A stretch of DNA of 50,961 nucleotides from Pedosphaera sp. (GTDB lineage: Bacteria; Verrucomicrobiota; Verrucomicrobiia; Limisphaerales; SIBE01): NCBI GenBank assembly GCA_009695265.1, contig SIBE01000002.1:1-50961 (forward strand), given 5' to 3'. The notes under the pieces are model-generated. The model ran no database searches. It was not told the origin of the DNA and worked only from the letters and a program-made list of their open reading frames with translations. The translations under genes and the position numbers were made by a program. Of the stretch, positions 22,566 to 30,313 are shown piece by piece; the stretch's first letter is position 1, and every line of letters starts with the position of its first letter.

Positions 22566-22739
22566 GTTACCTTTCAGTCTCGTCGTCATTCGCGACCGCG
22601 AATGGATTAAGCCCTCTGCCTGGGAACCGACGATTTACTTTGTTGTTGTCTGTTGTCCGCCCACGCAAACTGCCGTGGACGAAAAGTTAATATCACCGGT
22701 CTGCTTGGCACGATCTGGCGTGCCGCAGCCGGCGGAAGT
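22566..22739 (-). promoter_or_regulatory. Structured RNA in the rplJ-rplL spacer (candidate cis-regulatory leader)
   Basis: Three helical domains, including a junction closed by UCGUCG/CGACGA that contains CUUAAUCC and ends 14 nt before the rplL start. Confidence 0.5.
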
Positions 22740-23252
22740 TTACTGAGCTTTCTCCACACGCGCCTGAAGCACTCTAGCAAGTTGAGATGCCGGAGTATTC
22801 AGGAGGCGGACTAACTGGGATGAGGGAGCCTGCAATACACCGAGCAACTTGCCTCGAAGCACCTCGATGGAGGGAAGATCCGCGAGCGTCTGGAGGTCGG
22901 CCGTTTCGAGCCTTTGATTATTCAAATAACCAAACTTGAGCTTTGGTCTTTCAAATTCCGACTGGAAAGTTTTGAGGATCTTGGCAGCGGCTGACACGTC
23001 GCGCTGACCAGTGACGACTGCCATCTGTCCTGTCAAAGATCCGGTCAAATCGGTCGTTCTGCTTTCCTTCACCGCTATACGGAAGATGGAGTTCTTTACC
23101 ACGTGGATCTCCGCTCCGTTTTTGCCGAGGCGTTTGCGAAGTTCACTGAAGTGGCCAACAGTCAACCCTCGGTAATCAACAACAATAAAGAAAGGAGAAC
23201 TGTTCAATCGCTGAATGTATTCAGCACTAATAAGTTTTTTCTCAACACGCAT
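22740..23252 (-). CDS. rplJ: 50S ribosomal protein L10
   Basis: VDYRGLTV..SELRK, VVKNSIFRIA, LADLPS; lies between rplA and rplL. Confidence 0.96.
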   Translation of the reverse strand: MRVEKKLISAEYIQRLNSSPFFIVVDYRGLTVGHFSELRKRLGKNGAEIHVVKNSIFRIAVKESRTTDLTGSLTGQMAVVTGQRDVSAAAKILKTFQSEFERPKLKFGYLNNQRLETADLQTLADLPSIEVLRGKLLGVLQAPSSQLVRLLNTPASQLARVLQARVEKAQ

Positions 23253-23270
23253 GGTAAGTGATAGTTAGAG

Positions 23271-23966
23271 TTAGGCCGCCAGGAATTCGCGCACATCCAG
23301 CCGGACAGGCGGACTCATAGTGGACGACAACGTGCAACTAATGATGAACGTACCCTTGACGGTTGACGGACGGGCTTTCGCAACCGCCTCGATCACCGAA
23401 CGCACATTCTCCACAATCTGTGGAGGTGTAAAATTTACCTTCCCAACGGGCACATGAATATTTCCTGCCTTGTCTATCTTGAACTCAACACGTCCTGCTT
23501 TCACTTCTCTCACTGCTTTCGCGGTGTCTTCCGTAACGGTTCCAGTTTTGGGGTTTGGCATCAGCCCTCGCGGGCCGAGAACTTTGCCAAGCTTGCGAAC
23601 TTCGATCATTGCTTCCGGAGTGGATATCGCCACATCAAAGTCGGACCAACCCTCGTTGCATTTTTTGATGAGTTCATCATAACCGACATGTTCCGCGCCT
23701 GCCGCCTTTGCGGCGTCTGCGGCATTGCCGGGCTTAGCGAAGACAAGGACGCGGACGGTCTTGCCACTTCCATGGGGAAGCGGGACGGTTCCGCGCACCA
23801 TCTGGTCTGATTGCTTTGGATCCACTCCGAGGCGGAAAGCAAGTTCGACCGTTTCATTGAACTTGGCTTTCGGAAACTTTCCTACAATATCGACGGCTAA
23901 CTTGAGTGGGTAGGACTTGGAACTGTCCACCAGTTCAAGGGCTTTTTTGTAACGTTTGCTTGGCAT
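23271..23966 (-). CDS. rplA: 50S ribosomal protein L1
   Basis: KFNETVE, DQMVRGTVPLPHG, LGPRGLMPNPKTGTVT. Confidence 0.98.
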   Translation of the reverse strand: MPSKRYKKALELVDSSKSYPLKLAVDIVGKFPKAKFNETVELAFRLGVDPKQSDQMVRGTVPLPHGSGKTVRVLVFAKPGNAADAAKAAGAEHVGYDELIKKCNEGWSDFDVAISTPEAMIEVRKLGKVLGPRGLMPNPKTGTVTEDTAKAVREVKAGRVEFKIDKAGNIHVPVGKVNFTPPQIVENVRSVIEAVAKARPSTVKGTFIISCTLSSTMSPPVRLDVREFLAA

Positions 23967-23974
23967 TTTTAATT

Positions 23975-24004
23975 GCGGTGCAATCGAGCGTGTGGCTCTC
24001 CCGC
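23975..24004 (-). promoter_or_regulatory. Putative L1-binding autoregulatory site between rplK and rplA
   Basis: GCGG-GAG-[AGC CACAC GCU]-CGAUUGCA-CCGC. Two helices flank an asymmetric GAG internal loop just before the rplA start, matching the known layout of L1 mRNA targets. Confidence 0.65.
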
Positions 24005-24013
24005 GTTTAATGG

Positions 24014-24439
24014 TTAACCCTGAATTTCGATTCCCATGCTCCGAGCCGTCCCTGCTATGACTCGGAAACCCGCTTCTTCATTCGTCGCATTGAGGTCTTT
24101 CATCTTCAATTTGACAATTTCCATCACTTGTTTGCGCGTGACTTTCCCTACTTTTTCCTTGTTTGGCGTCTTCGACCCAGCAGCGATGCCCGCAGCCTTC
24201 TTAAGCAGTATTGACGCTGGCGGGGTCTTGGTGATGAACGTGAATGATTTGTCTTGATATACCGTTATGATCACCGGAATCACCATGCCCGGCTGATCCT
24301 TGGTGGCGGCGTTAAATTCCTTGCAAAAGGCCATGATGTTCACGCCTTGCTGCCCAAGGGCTGGACCAACGGGTGGTGCCGGGTTGGCCTGCCCTGCAGG
24401 AATCTGCAATTTTACCTGTCCTACAACTTTTTTCGCCAT
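24014..24439 (-). CDS. rplK: 50S ribosomal protein L11
   Basis: [29 protein letters not shown]. Confidence 0.98.
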   Translation of the reverse strand: MAKKVVGQVKLQIPAGQANPAPPVGPALGQQGVNIMAFCKEFNAATKDQPGMVIPVIITVYQDKSFTFITKTPPASILLKKAAGIAAGSKTPNKEKVGKVTRKQVMEIVKLKMKDLNATNEEAGFRVIAGTARSMGIEIQG

Positions 24440-24485
24440 AAATTTCTCAGTCTTCTTGAGCCCTCTTCAATTGTTCATAAGCCTC

Positions 24486-25034
24486 TCAGGCCTTTTCAAC
24501 TTGCCAGTACTCTAGTTCGACAGGTGTATTTCGTCCGAAAATATTCACTGTGATCTTCAGCTTTCCACGCTCTGGCTCGATTTCTTCGATAACACCACTG
24601 AAATTCAAGAATGGACCATCGTTGATCTTGATGGTCTCTCCCATTTCAAAATTCACTTTCGGCTTTTCCCGATCCTCAGAATCTGAGATTTGTTCCTTGA
24701 TGACAGCGATCTCCTCCGGAGTCACCGGAATGGGCCTCTCACCACCTACAAATCCAATGATTCCGGGTGTGTCTCGGACGAAATACCAAGGTTTCTCCAA
24801 AATGCGGCGATTGTCATCCAGCAACATTACATTGATATAAACGTATCCAGGGTGCAATTTCCTAGTGCTTACGGTCTTCTTTCCACTGCGCACTTCGGCG
24901 ACCTTTTCCATTGGAACCAGAACCTCCTGAATGTATTCCCCCATTTCCTCAGTTTTCAGCCGCTTTTCGATGCTATCTTTCACCTTTTGCTCCTGCCCAG
25001 ACAAAGTATGAATGACGAACCATTGGGTTGGCAT
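24486..25034 (-). CDS. nusG: Transcription termination/antitermination factor NusG
   Basis: WFVIHTLSGQE, PGYVY, KOW motif GETIKINDGPF, IFGRNTPVEL. Likely start ATG 25034. Confidence 0.97.
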   Translation of the reverse strand: MPTQWFVIHTLSGQEQKVKDSIEKRLKTEEMGEYIQEVLVPMEKVAEVRSGKKTVSTRKLHPGYVYINVMLLDDNRRILEKPWYFVRDTPGIIGFVGGERPIPVTPEEIAVIKEQISDSEDREKPKVNFEMGETIKINDGPFLNFSGVIEEIEPERGKLKITVNIFGRNTPVELEYWQVEKA

Positions 25035-25048
25035 AAGCAAATTGATAT

Positions 25049-25306
25049 CTAAATGAGGAAGTTCAACGCTCTTGATACTAGGAAATCCACCGTAACCGTG
25101 AATAGTCCAAGCAATGCAATTGTTATTATAACTACCACCGTGGATTCCCTTAATTCTTCAAAGCTCGGCCAGGTACATTTCCTGAGTTCTTCGCGAGTTT
25201 CTGATACATATCCTGAAAAACGCAACAGATAACCCTTGCGCCACAGAAAGGCGAAAGCCACTCCGGTCACCACGGCCCAAATAATTAATTGTGTGTAATT
25301 TTTCAC
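25049..25306 (-). CDS. secE: Preprotein translocase subunit SecE
   Basis: ELRKCTWPS motif followed by a TM helix, plus an extra N-terminal TM. GTG start; lies upstream of nusG. Confidence 0.93.
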   Translation of the reverse strand: MKNYTQLIIWAVVTGVAFAFLWRKGYLLRFSGYVSETREELRKCTWPSFEELRESTVVVIITIALLGLFTVTVDFLVSRALNFLI

Positions 25307-25319
25307 AGTAATCTCGCTT

Positions 25320-25409
25320 TGGCGGAGGGGGAGGGATTCGAACCCCCGTTGGCGGTTAAGCCAAAGCGGTTTTCAAGACCGCCGCGATAGACCACTCTGC
25401 CACCCCTCC
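25320..25409 (-). tRNA. tRNA-Ser (anticodon TGA)
   Basis: GGAGGGG acceptor stem, anticodon arm GCGGT-CTTGAAA-ACCGC, long variable arm TTGGC/GCCAA, GTTCGAATC, G discriminator and encoded CCA. Confidence 0.96.
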
Positions 25410-25421
25410 GGCATGCGTTAT

Positions 25422-25497
25422 TGGCAGGGCGTGAGGGACTTGAACCCCCAACCAACGGTTTTGGAGACCGCTACTCTACCAATTGAGCTAACGCCCT
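25422..25497 (-). tRNA. tRNA-Trp (anticodon CCA)
   Basis: AGGGCGT acceptor stem, GCGGT-CTCCAAA-ACCGT anticodon arm, GTTCAAGTC, encoded CCA. Confidence 0.96.
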
Positions 25498-25566
25498 GTT
25501 CGAAGCCATTTTCTGCTAAACGGCAGCCCTAGGATCAGAGATCTGTTTCGCACTCAGTTCCTCGAA

Positions 25567-26760
25567 TTATGATGCCACTACTTCACTGACACGACCGGCG
25601 CCAATTGTGCGACCGCCCTCACGAATGGCAAATCGCTGGCCTTTCTCCATTGCCACCGGGGCGATCAGCGTAATTTCCACCGAAACATTATCTCCAGGCA
25701 TAACCATTTCAACTCCTTGAGGAAGCGCAACAGTGCCGGTCACATCAGACGTGCGGAAATAGAATTGTGGTCTGTAATTCGTAAAGAATGGAGTATGTCT
25801 GCCACCTTCTTCCTTGGACAACACGTAAACTTCGGCTTTGAAGCTGATGTGAGGCTTGATTGATCCTGGTTTTGCCAGCACCATACCACGTTCGACTTCC
25901 TCTTTCTTCGTGCCGCGCAGAAGAACACCAACGTTGTCACCAGCATTAGCTGAATCCAACAGCTTTCGGAACATTTCAATGTCTGTCGCTACCGTCTTTC
26001 GCGTATCTTTGAGACCAACGATTTCAACTTCCTCCATCTTCTTGAGCACACCGCGTTCAACGCGCCCTGTCACAACCGTCCCACGGCCTTCGATGTTAAA
26101 TACGTCCTCAACACACATCAGAAATGGCTTGTCCACTTCTCGTGTCGGAAGGGGAATGTTTTTATCGACTGCATCCAAGAGAGCTTGAATAGCCTTTTCA
26201 CCTTCAGGCTCAGCCGCCAGGGCTTTTGTCGCACTACCTCGGACGACTGGCGCAGTATCGCCTGGAAATTGATATTTGTTAAGAAGATCACGAATCTCCA
26301 TTTCCACCAAATCCAACAACTCAGGATCATCGACCAAATCTACCTTGTTCAAAAATACAACAATCGCGGGAACTCCAACCTGACGGGCAAGAAGGATATG
26401 TTCGCGTGTCTGTGGCATCGGACCATCCGCCGCACTGACCACGAGGATCGCGCCATCCATCTGAGCTGCGCCCGTGATCATGTTCTTCACATAGTCTGCG
26501 TGACCCGGGCAATCAATATGCGCGTAGTGCCGGGTATCGCTCTGATACTCCACGTGGGACACAGCGATGGTGACAGTTTTTGTCGCGTCACGAACAGTGC
26601 CTCCCTTGGTGATGTCCGCGTAAGAGATCCGATTTGCAAGCCCCTTCCGTGCTTGAACCTCGACGATTGCGGCAGTGAGAGTGGATTTCCCGTGATCAAC
26701 GTGACCAATTGTCCCGACGTTGACGTGCGGCTTTGTTCTTTGAAAGGCTTCTTTTGCCAT
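25567..26760 (-). CDS. tuf: Elongation factor Tu
   Basis: [51 protein letters not shown]. Confidence 0.99.
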   Translation of the reverse strand: MAKEAFQRTKPHVNVGTIGHVDHGKSTLTAAIVEVQARKGLANRISYADITKGGTVRDATKTVTIAVSHVEYQSDTRHYAHIDCPGHADYVKNMITGAAQMDGAILVVSAADGPMPQTREHILLARQVGVPAIVVFLNKVDLVDDPELLDLVEMEIRDLLNKYQFPGDTAPVVRGSATKALAAEPEGEKAIQALLDAVDKNIPLPTREVDKPFLMCVEDVFNIEGRGTVVTGRVERGVLKKMEEVEIVGLKDTRKTVATDIEMFRKLLDSANAGDNVGVLLRGTKKEEVERGMVLAKPGSIKPHISFKAEVYVLSKEEGGRHTPFFTNYRPQFYFRTSDVTGTVALPQGVEMVMPGDNVSVEITLIAPVAMEKGQRFAIREGGRTIGAGRVSEVVAS

Positions 26761-26810
26761 TGCGATTTCCTGTTTTAGTTTGGTTCTGTGTTGTATCTGC
26801 TAAATACTAA

Positions 26811-26886
26811 TGGAGCCCATGATCGGGATCGAACCGATGACCTCGTCCTTACCAAGGACGTGCTCTGCCAACTGAGCTACATGGGC
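26811..26886 (-). tRNA. tRNA-Thr (anticodon GGT)
   Basis: GCCCATG acceptor stem, CGTCC-TTGGTAA-GGACG anticodon arm, GTTCGATCC, encoded CCA. Confidence 0.96.
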
Positions 26887-26920
26887 TGCGCCCACGAAAA
26901 TCTCCGAGCCTGAAGACGAC

Positions 26921-26978
26921 AAAAAAGCCCACTAATCCAAGCTCCCCGCCTCTCACCGTCTTGGGATTAATGGCTTTT
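26921..26978 (-). terminator. Terminator-like hairpin in the leader upstream of tRNA-Thr
   Basis: AAAAGCC-ATTAATC-CCAAG ... CTTGG-ATTAGT-GGGCTTTTTT forms a bulged long stem ending in a U run. Confidence 0.45.
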
Positions 26979-27009
26979 CACACCTTCTAAACCCGCCAAT
27001 GTGGGCGTG

Positions 27010-27037
27010 AATATATGTTTCCAGTAAAAAGTGTCAA
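27010..27037 (-). promoter_or_regulatory. Sigma70 promoter for tRNA-Thr/tuf
   Basis: TTGACA-16 nt-TATATT, with a GC-rich discriminator (CACGCCCAC) and upstream A-tracts. This layout is typical of stable-RNA promoters. Confidence 0.7.
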
Positions 27038-27063
27038 TGGGTTTTTCAGTTTTTGCTGAAAAA

Positions 27064-27723
27064 TTACTCATCTGCCGGAAATTGTAACAAATCTTCGGCC
27101 GTCCACTGGGGATGTCCAGCCATTTTCTCTTTGACGGCTTTAATCTGTTGAGGGCTTACGAGTGATGCTTTGTTACCCCATGCCTGACGGATGTAGGAAA
27201 TAGCCGCAGCAAGATCAGCATCAGAAAGGCTTTCACCGACCCCTCCGGGCATTGCAGCGTTGTACATTTCGCCCTTGACGGAGATCTCTCCTTGCAGTCC
27301 ATACAACGCTATTCTGATCATTCGACCGGGCCCCGGCGTGTTCACCCATTCGGACCCCGCCAGGGGTGGTGCCAACGGAGATTGTGAGCCTAGCCCCGTC
27401 GGTTGATGACAAACACCACAGGCTTGCTCATACACAACTTTCCCGCGCGCCAACAACGCTTCGGTGTCGCTCTTGGGTTGAAGGGAATCTACCTGAGCGA
27501 ACGAGTCAAATGAACCATAGACCCGTGCCTGGAACCCCGCCGCATTATGATCGAGATGCAACTGAGCCCAGTAAAACAACACCCCAAGCAGAACAACGAG
27601 CCACAGCGGAACGGCCTTGAGCTCAACTACTGGCTCATTCACGTCGCCGCCACGTACGACACCATCGCTGCGGTTGGATGCGCCTTGGCGATCTCTACGT
27701 GATGGTTTCGGATTGTGACTCAT
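27064..27723 (-). CDS. Membrane-anchored monoheme cytochrome c
   Basis: N-terminal TM (VPLWLVVLLGVLFYWA), CGVCH, APPLAGSEWV, axial Met in AAMPG, YIRQAWGN. Confidence 0.9.
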   Translation of the reverse strand: MSHNPKPSRRDRQGASNRSDGVVRGGDVNEPVVELKAVPLWLVVLLGVLFYWAQLHLDHNAAGFQARVYGSFDSFAQVDSLQPKSDTEALLARGKVVYEQACGVCHQPTGLGSQSPLAPPLAGSEWVNTPGPGRMIRIALYGLQGEISVKGEMYNAAMPGGVGESLSDADLAAAISYIRQAWGNKASLVSPQQIKAVKEKMAGHPQWTAEDLLQFPADE

Positions 27724-27726
27724 GAA

Positions 27727-28443
27727 CTAATTGACACCGGACGGACTCGCTGCCACAGGAACCGAGTTAGTGTCACTTGCCACTGGCTTTGGTTTTTCTG
27801 GCGCAGGTGCCTCGAAAATCGGTTCCTCAGCTCTGAGGCTTAAAAGGTACGCCACCAAAGCGGTTGCTTCTGGCTTGGGAACGATTTCGTAGCCACTTTC
27901 GGCACCAGATTCAGCACTCAATGGAAGTGCATCCATCACACGTTCTCTGATGATTTTTCGTTTCTCAAAGAGGAATCGATACGAAGGCATCGACGATCCC
28001 GGAGACACCAACTTCGGGTTGAAAAGGTGAGTTAGGTGCCAGATCTCGTTCGTCTGGCGCACTCCCACATTCGCAAGATCCTGTCCGACTCTCATGGAAC
28101 CCACCATCACCGGTCGATCATGGATATAATCCGCAGCTACGCTTGGCCGGATACCCCATCCCCGTGCCACATCTCCACCCCGGTATTTCACCAGCTTGCC
28201 CTTGTTGATTTCCGCCTCTGCCCTGATTTGTTGAGTGTGGCAGTACGCGCAGCCATTGGCTCGATAGATGTCGCGCCCCTGTGCTGCGGCTCCAGGACGT
28301 GCGGCAGGATAGAAGGATCCGGTCGCTGGCACCGTGGCTGGTTGGAGATTTCCCAACTGTAGAACAGACCCAAAGATCACACCATACCATGACAAAGCGA
28401 AGCTCAACAGGACTCCAAGAAAGATCAACGGCCCGTAATTCAT
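27727..28443 (-). CDS. cbb3-type oxidase subunit II-like monoheme cytochrome (CcoO/FixO family)
   Basis: GRDIYRANGCAYCHTQQIR, GSMRVGQDLANVG, HLFNP..VSPGSSMPSY. ATG 28443 overlaps the upstream stop (ATGA). Confidence 0.88.
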   Translation of the reverse strand: MNYGPLIFLGVLLSFALSWYGVIFGSVLQLGNLQPATVPATGSFYPAARPGAAAQGRDIYRANGCAYCHTQQIRAEAEINKGKLVKYRGGDVARGWGIRPSVAADYIHDRPVMVGSMRVGQDLANVGVRQTNEIWHLTHLFNPKLVSPGSSMPSYRFLFEKRKIIRERVMDALPLSAESGAESGYEIVPKPEATALVAYLLSLRAEEPIFEAPAPEKPKPVASDTNSVPVAASPSGVN

Positions 28444-29918
28444 GCTCCCCTCCCCGAAATCTTGACGAAACGCGTCGAAGGTTTCTCTGAAATGCAACAC
28501 GAGCACCAAGACAAGTAGGAGAAACGGCACACATTGACCAACAATACCGTCGCACCAACCAGCACAAGCAAGGAACCGAGCGTCGCGATGCCCATAAATG
28601 GAACTGTCTTCCTCACGACATCTATGAAGTTGAGCGCTGGATTATCGAGAGCTTGACCTTGGACGAAACCTCCGATGATCAATGGCATCGAAACCAAAAT
28701 CGCTCCTAGACCCGCCAACCAGAAATTAAGCCCCACAAACGATGGGCGTTCACTCCGCCTGTCGGAGAGTTGAGGAGAAATCGAATAAATAGCACCAACC
28801 AGAACGAGGCTGACAAAACCCAAAAGAAACAGTTGCGATGTCCCCATCGACGTTATCGTCAGCGCACCGGGGTGACCGATCGATGCAATCACACTGATCG
28901 CCCTGATCAACCCGACGACGAGATACGCTCCGCATCCGGCAATGAAAAATTTCGCACCAGAGTCGCTCCATACGCGCGCGTACACACCTTGCAATGTTAA
29001 ATGCACGTTTGTCGCGAACGCCAGGACGGCAGTGACTCCCAGAACCAGACCAGCGTCGCTCACTGCTGCCACCCATCTCGGAACCGGTGTGCCTGCGGGA
29101 ATGCCTCCATACGCGCCAAAGATTGCAAGCAGCCAGAACCCAAAAACCGCCAGCGCCCTGCTGTGTAAAGGCTTGTTTGCCGCCTTCGGCATGAAATAAT
29201 AAGCGGCGGCAAGAACGAGTGGAGCCAGCCACAATGACATCAAATTGTGCCCCGCCCATCCAGCGACGATGATTTGCAACACACCACGCACGGAGGAAAA
29301 AATCAGCAACAGTTGCACTGTGGCGTAAACCCACGGAAACCAGCAAAGCGCGGCCATCACATACCACATTGATGGATAGAGCCTACGCTCAGTGCGACCG
29401 TGAAACGTGATCAACGTGAACGCACCGATTATCAAGTAGCCAACAAGAAGAACTGCCGATGAGTAACCAGGAAACTCGAAACACTCGTAACCGGTACCAT
29501 CCCCCATCAGAACTCCTCCGACTCCCAGCGCGACTCCGACATTCCACGCGAGGACTGCAACGACGATGAACAAAGCACCCTGAACCAGGTTACGCCCCAA
29601 GCGAGCCACCAACCAAAGGGCGACGGCCATTCCGGCCTGGGACGCAAATCCAAAAACCACCGCGTTCGTCGCAGCCGGTCTCACTCGCCCGTAAGTTAAC
29701 CACGAAACATCACTCAGGAAATCTGGTGCGTGCATCTTGATCGATGCCACCATTCCAAGCAGGGATCCAACCCAGAACCACACCGCTGCAAGAACGAACA
29801 TCAGGAGAACAGGTGCGCGGCTTGAACGGTCAACTTCCGCTGTGGTAACGATGGTTTCACGCGTTTCCACGGCTGCTGGCGCTGGCGATAAAGTGTCTGT
29901 TGTAACGGTTGAATTCAT
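28440..29918 (-). CDS. cbb3-type oxidase subunit I-like (CcoN-fold) membrane protein lacking most heme/Cu ligands
   Basis: About 12 hydrophobic helices. CcoN-like WLTYGRVRP..TNAVVFGF, E..E loop, GHN and YYFMPKAANKPL.S are present. The RPLH, GPHH and GHVH histidines are absent. Confidence 0.85.
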   Translation of the reverse strand: MNSTVTTDTLSPAPAAVETRETIVTTAEVDRSSRAPVLLMFVLAAVWFWVGSLLGMVASIKMHAPDFLSDVSWLTYGRVRPAATNAVVFGFASQAGMAVALWLVARLGRNLVQGALFIVVAVLAWNVGVALGVGGVLMGDGTGYECFEFPGYSSAVLLVGYLIIGAFTLITFHGRTERRLYPSMWYVMAALCWFPWVYATVQLLLIFSSVRGVLQIIVAGWAGHNLMSLWLAPLVLAAAYYFMPKAANKPLHSRALAVFGFWLLAIFGAYGGIPAGTPVPRWVAAVSDAGLVLGVTAVLAFATNVHLTLQGVYARVWSDSGAKFFIAGCGAYLVVGLIRAISVIASIGHPGALTITSMGTSQLFLLGFVSLVLVGAIYSISPQLSDRRSERPSFVGLNFWLAGLGAILVSMPLIIGGFVQGQALDNPALNFIDVVRKTVPFMGIATLGSLLVLVGATVLLVNVCRFSYLSWCSCCISEKPSTRFVKISGRGA

Positions 29919-29936
29919 TCAACGACGGTCAACCAA

Positions 29937-30305
29937 TTACTCAAACTGGCTCGGCTTTTCCGGCGCTTTTGGAGGCGGCGCAAATGCCTTCTCAACGCGT
30001 GCCACCATGTTAGACCGTGAAGCGGCTGGGTTCTTCGATTCCCGGACGATGGTTTCCATCGCCTGATCGATGCGCAGTTGATACAAGCCCTTGTTGGGAT
30101 CGATGACCGAATAGCCGTTCAATTGCTGACTCGCGGTAGCTGTCTCAGCCAGAGCCTTCCGGCGCTCTGCAATGCGTACCGTGTTTAGGCCGGTCGGTGC
30201 CGTGTAATGCTTCATAAGCTGCACAAGCCCGGCGACGATCAGGAACGCGCCGAGCATGGCAATGAAGTAAACGAAGGATGATGTGCGTGATGAAGAATTG
30301 CTCAT
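29937..30305 (-). CDS. Single-TM protein, ActG-like accessory subunit
   Basis: One TM helix, then LNGYSVIDPNKGLYQLRIDQAM, which resembles the LxxYGWVD..GxxRIPIxxAM pattern of proteins following actF. Likely start ATG 30305. Confidence 0.6.
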   Translation of the reverse strand: MSNSSSRTSSFVYFIAMLGAFLIVAGLVQLMKHYTAPTGLNTVRIAERRKALAETATASQQLNGYSVIDPNKGLYQLRIDQAMETIVRESKNPAASRSNMVARVEKAFAPPPKAPEKPSQFE

Positions 30306-30313
30306 TCGACACC

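Noticed and set aside
25320-25409. Long-variable-arm tRNA as tRNA-Sec or a UGA suppressor
   Set aside because: The anticodon is TGA (reads UCA, Ser), not TCA, and the acceptor stem is a normal 7 bp.
8687-26778. Many long plus-strand ORFs opposite ribosomal, rpo, fusA and tuf genes (e.g. 9496-10368, 10948-11865, 14051-14692)
   Set aside because: Antisense shadows of conserved genes caused by codon bias; no recognisable motifs.
25320-26886. tRNAs as integration sites for an island or prophage
   Set aside because: No integrase and no duplicated tRNA 3' end were seen; the flanks are core genes.
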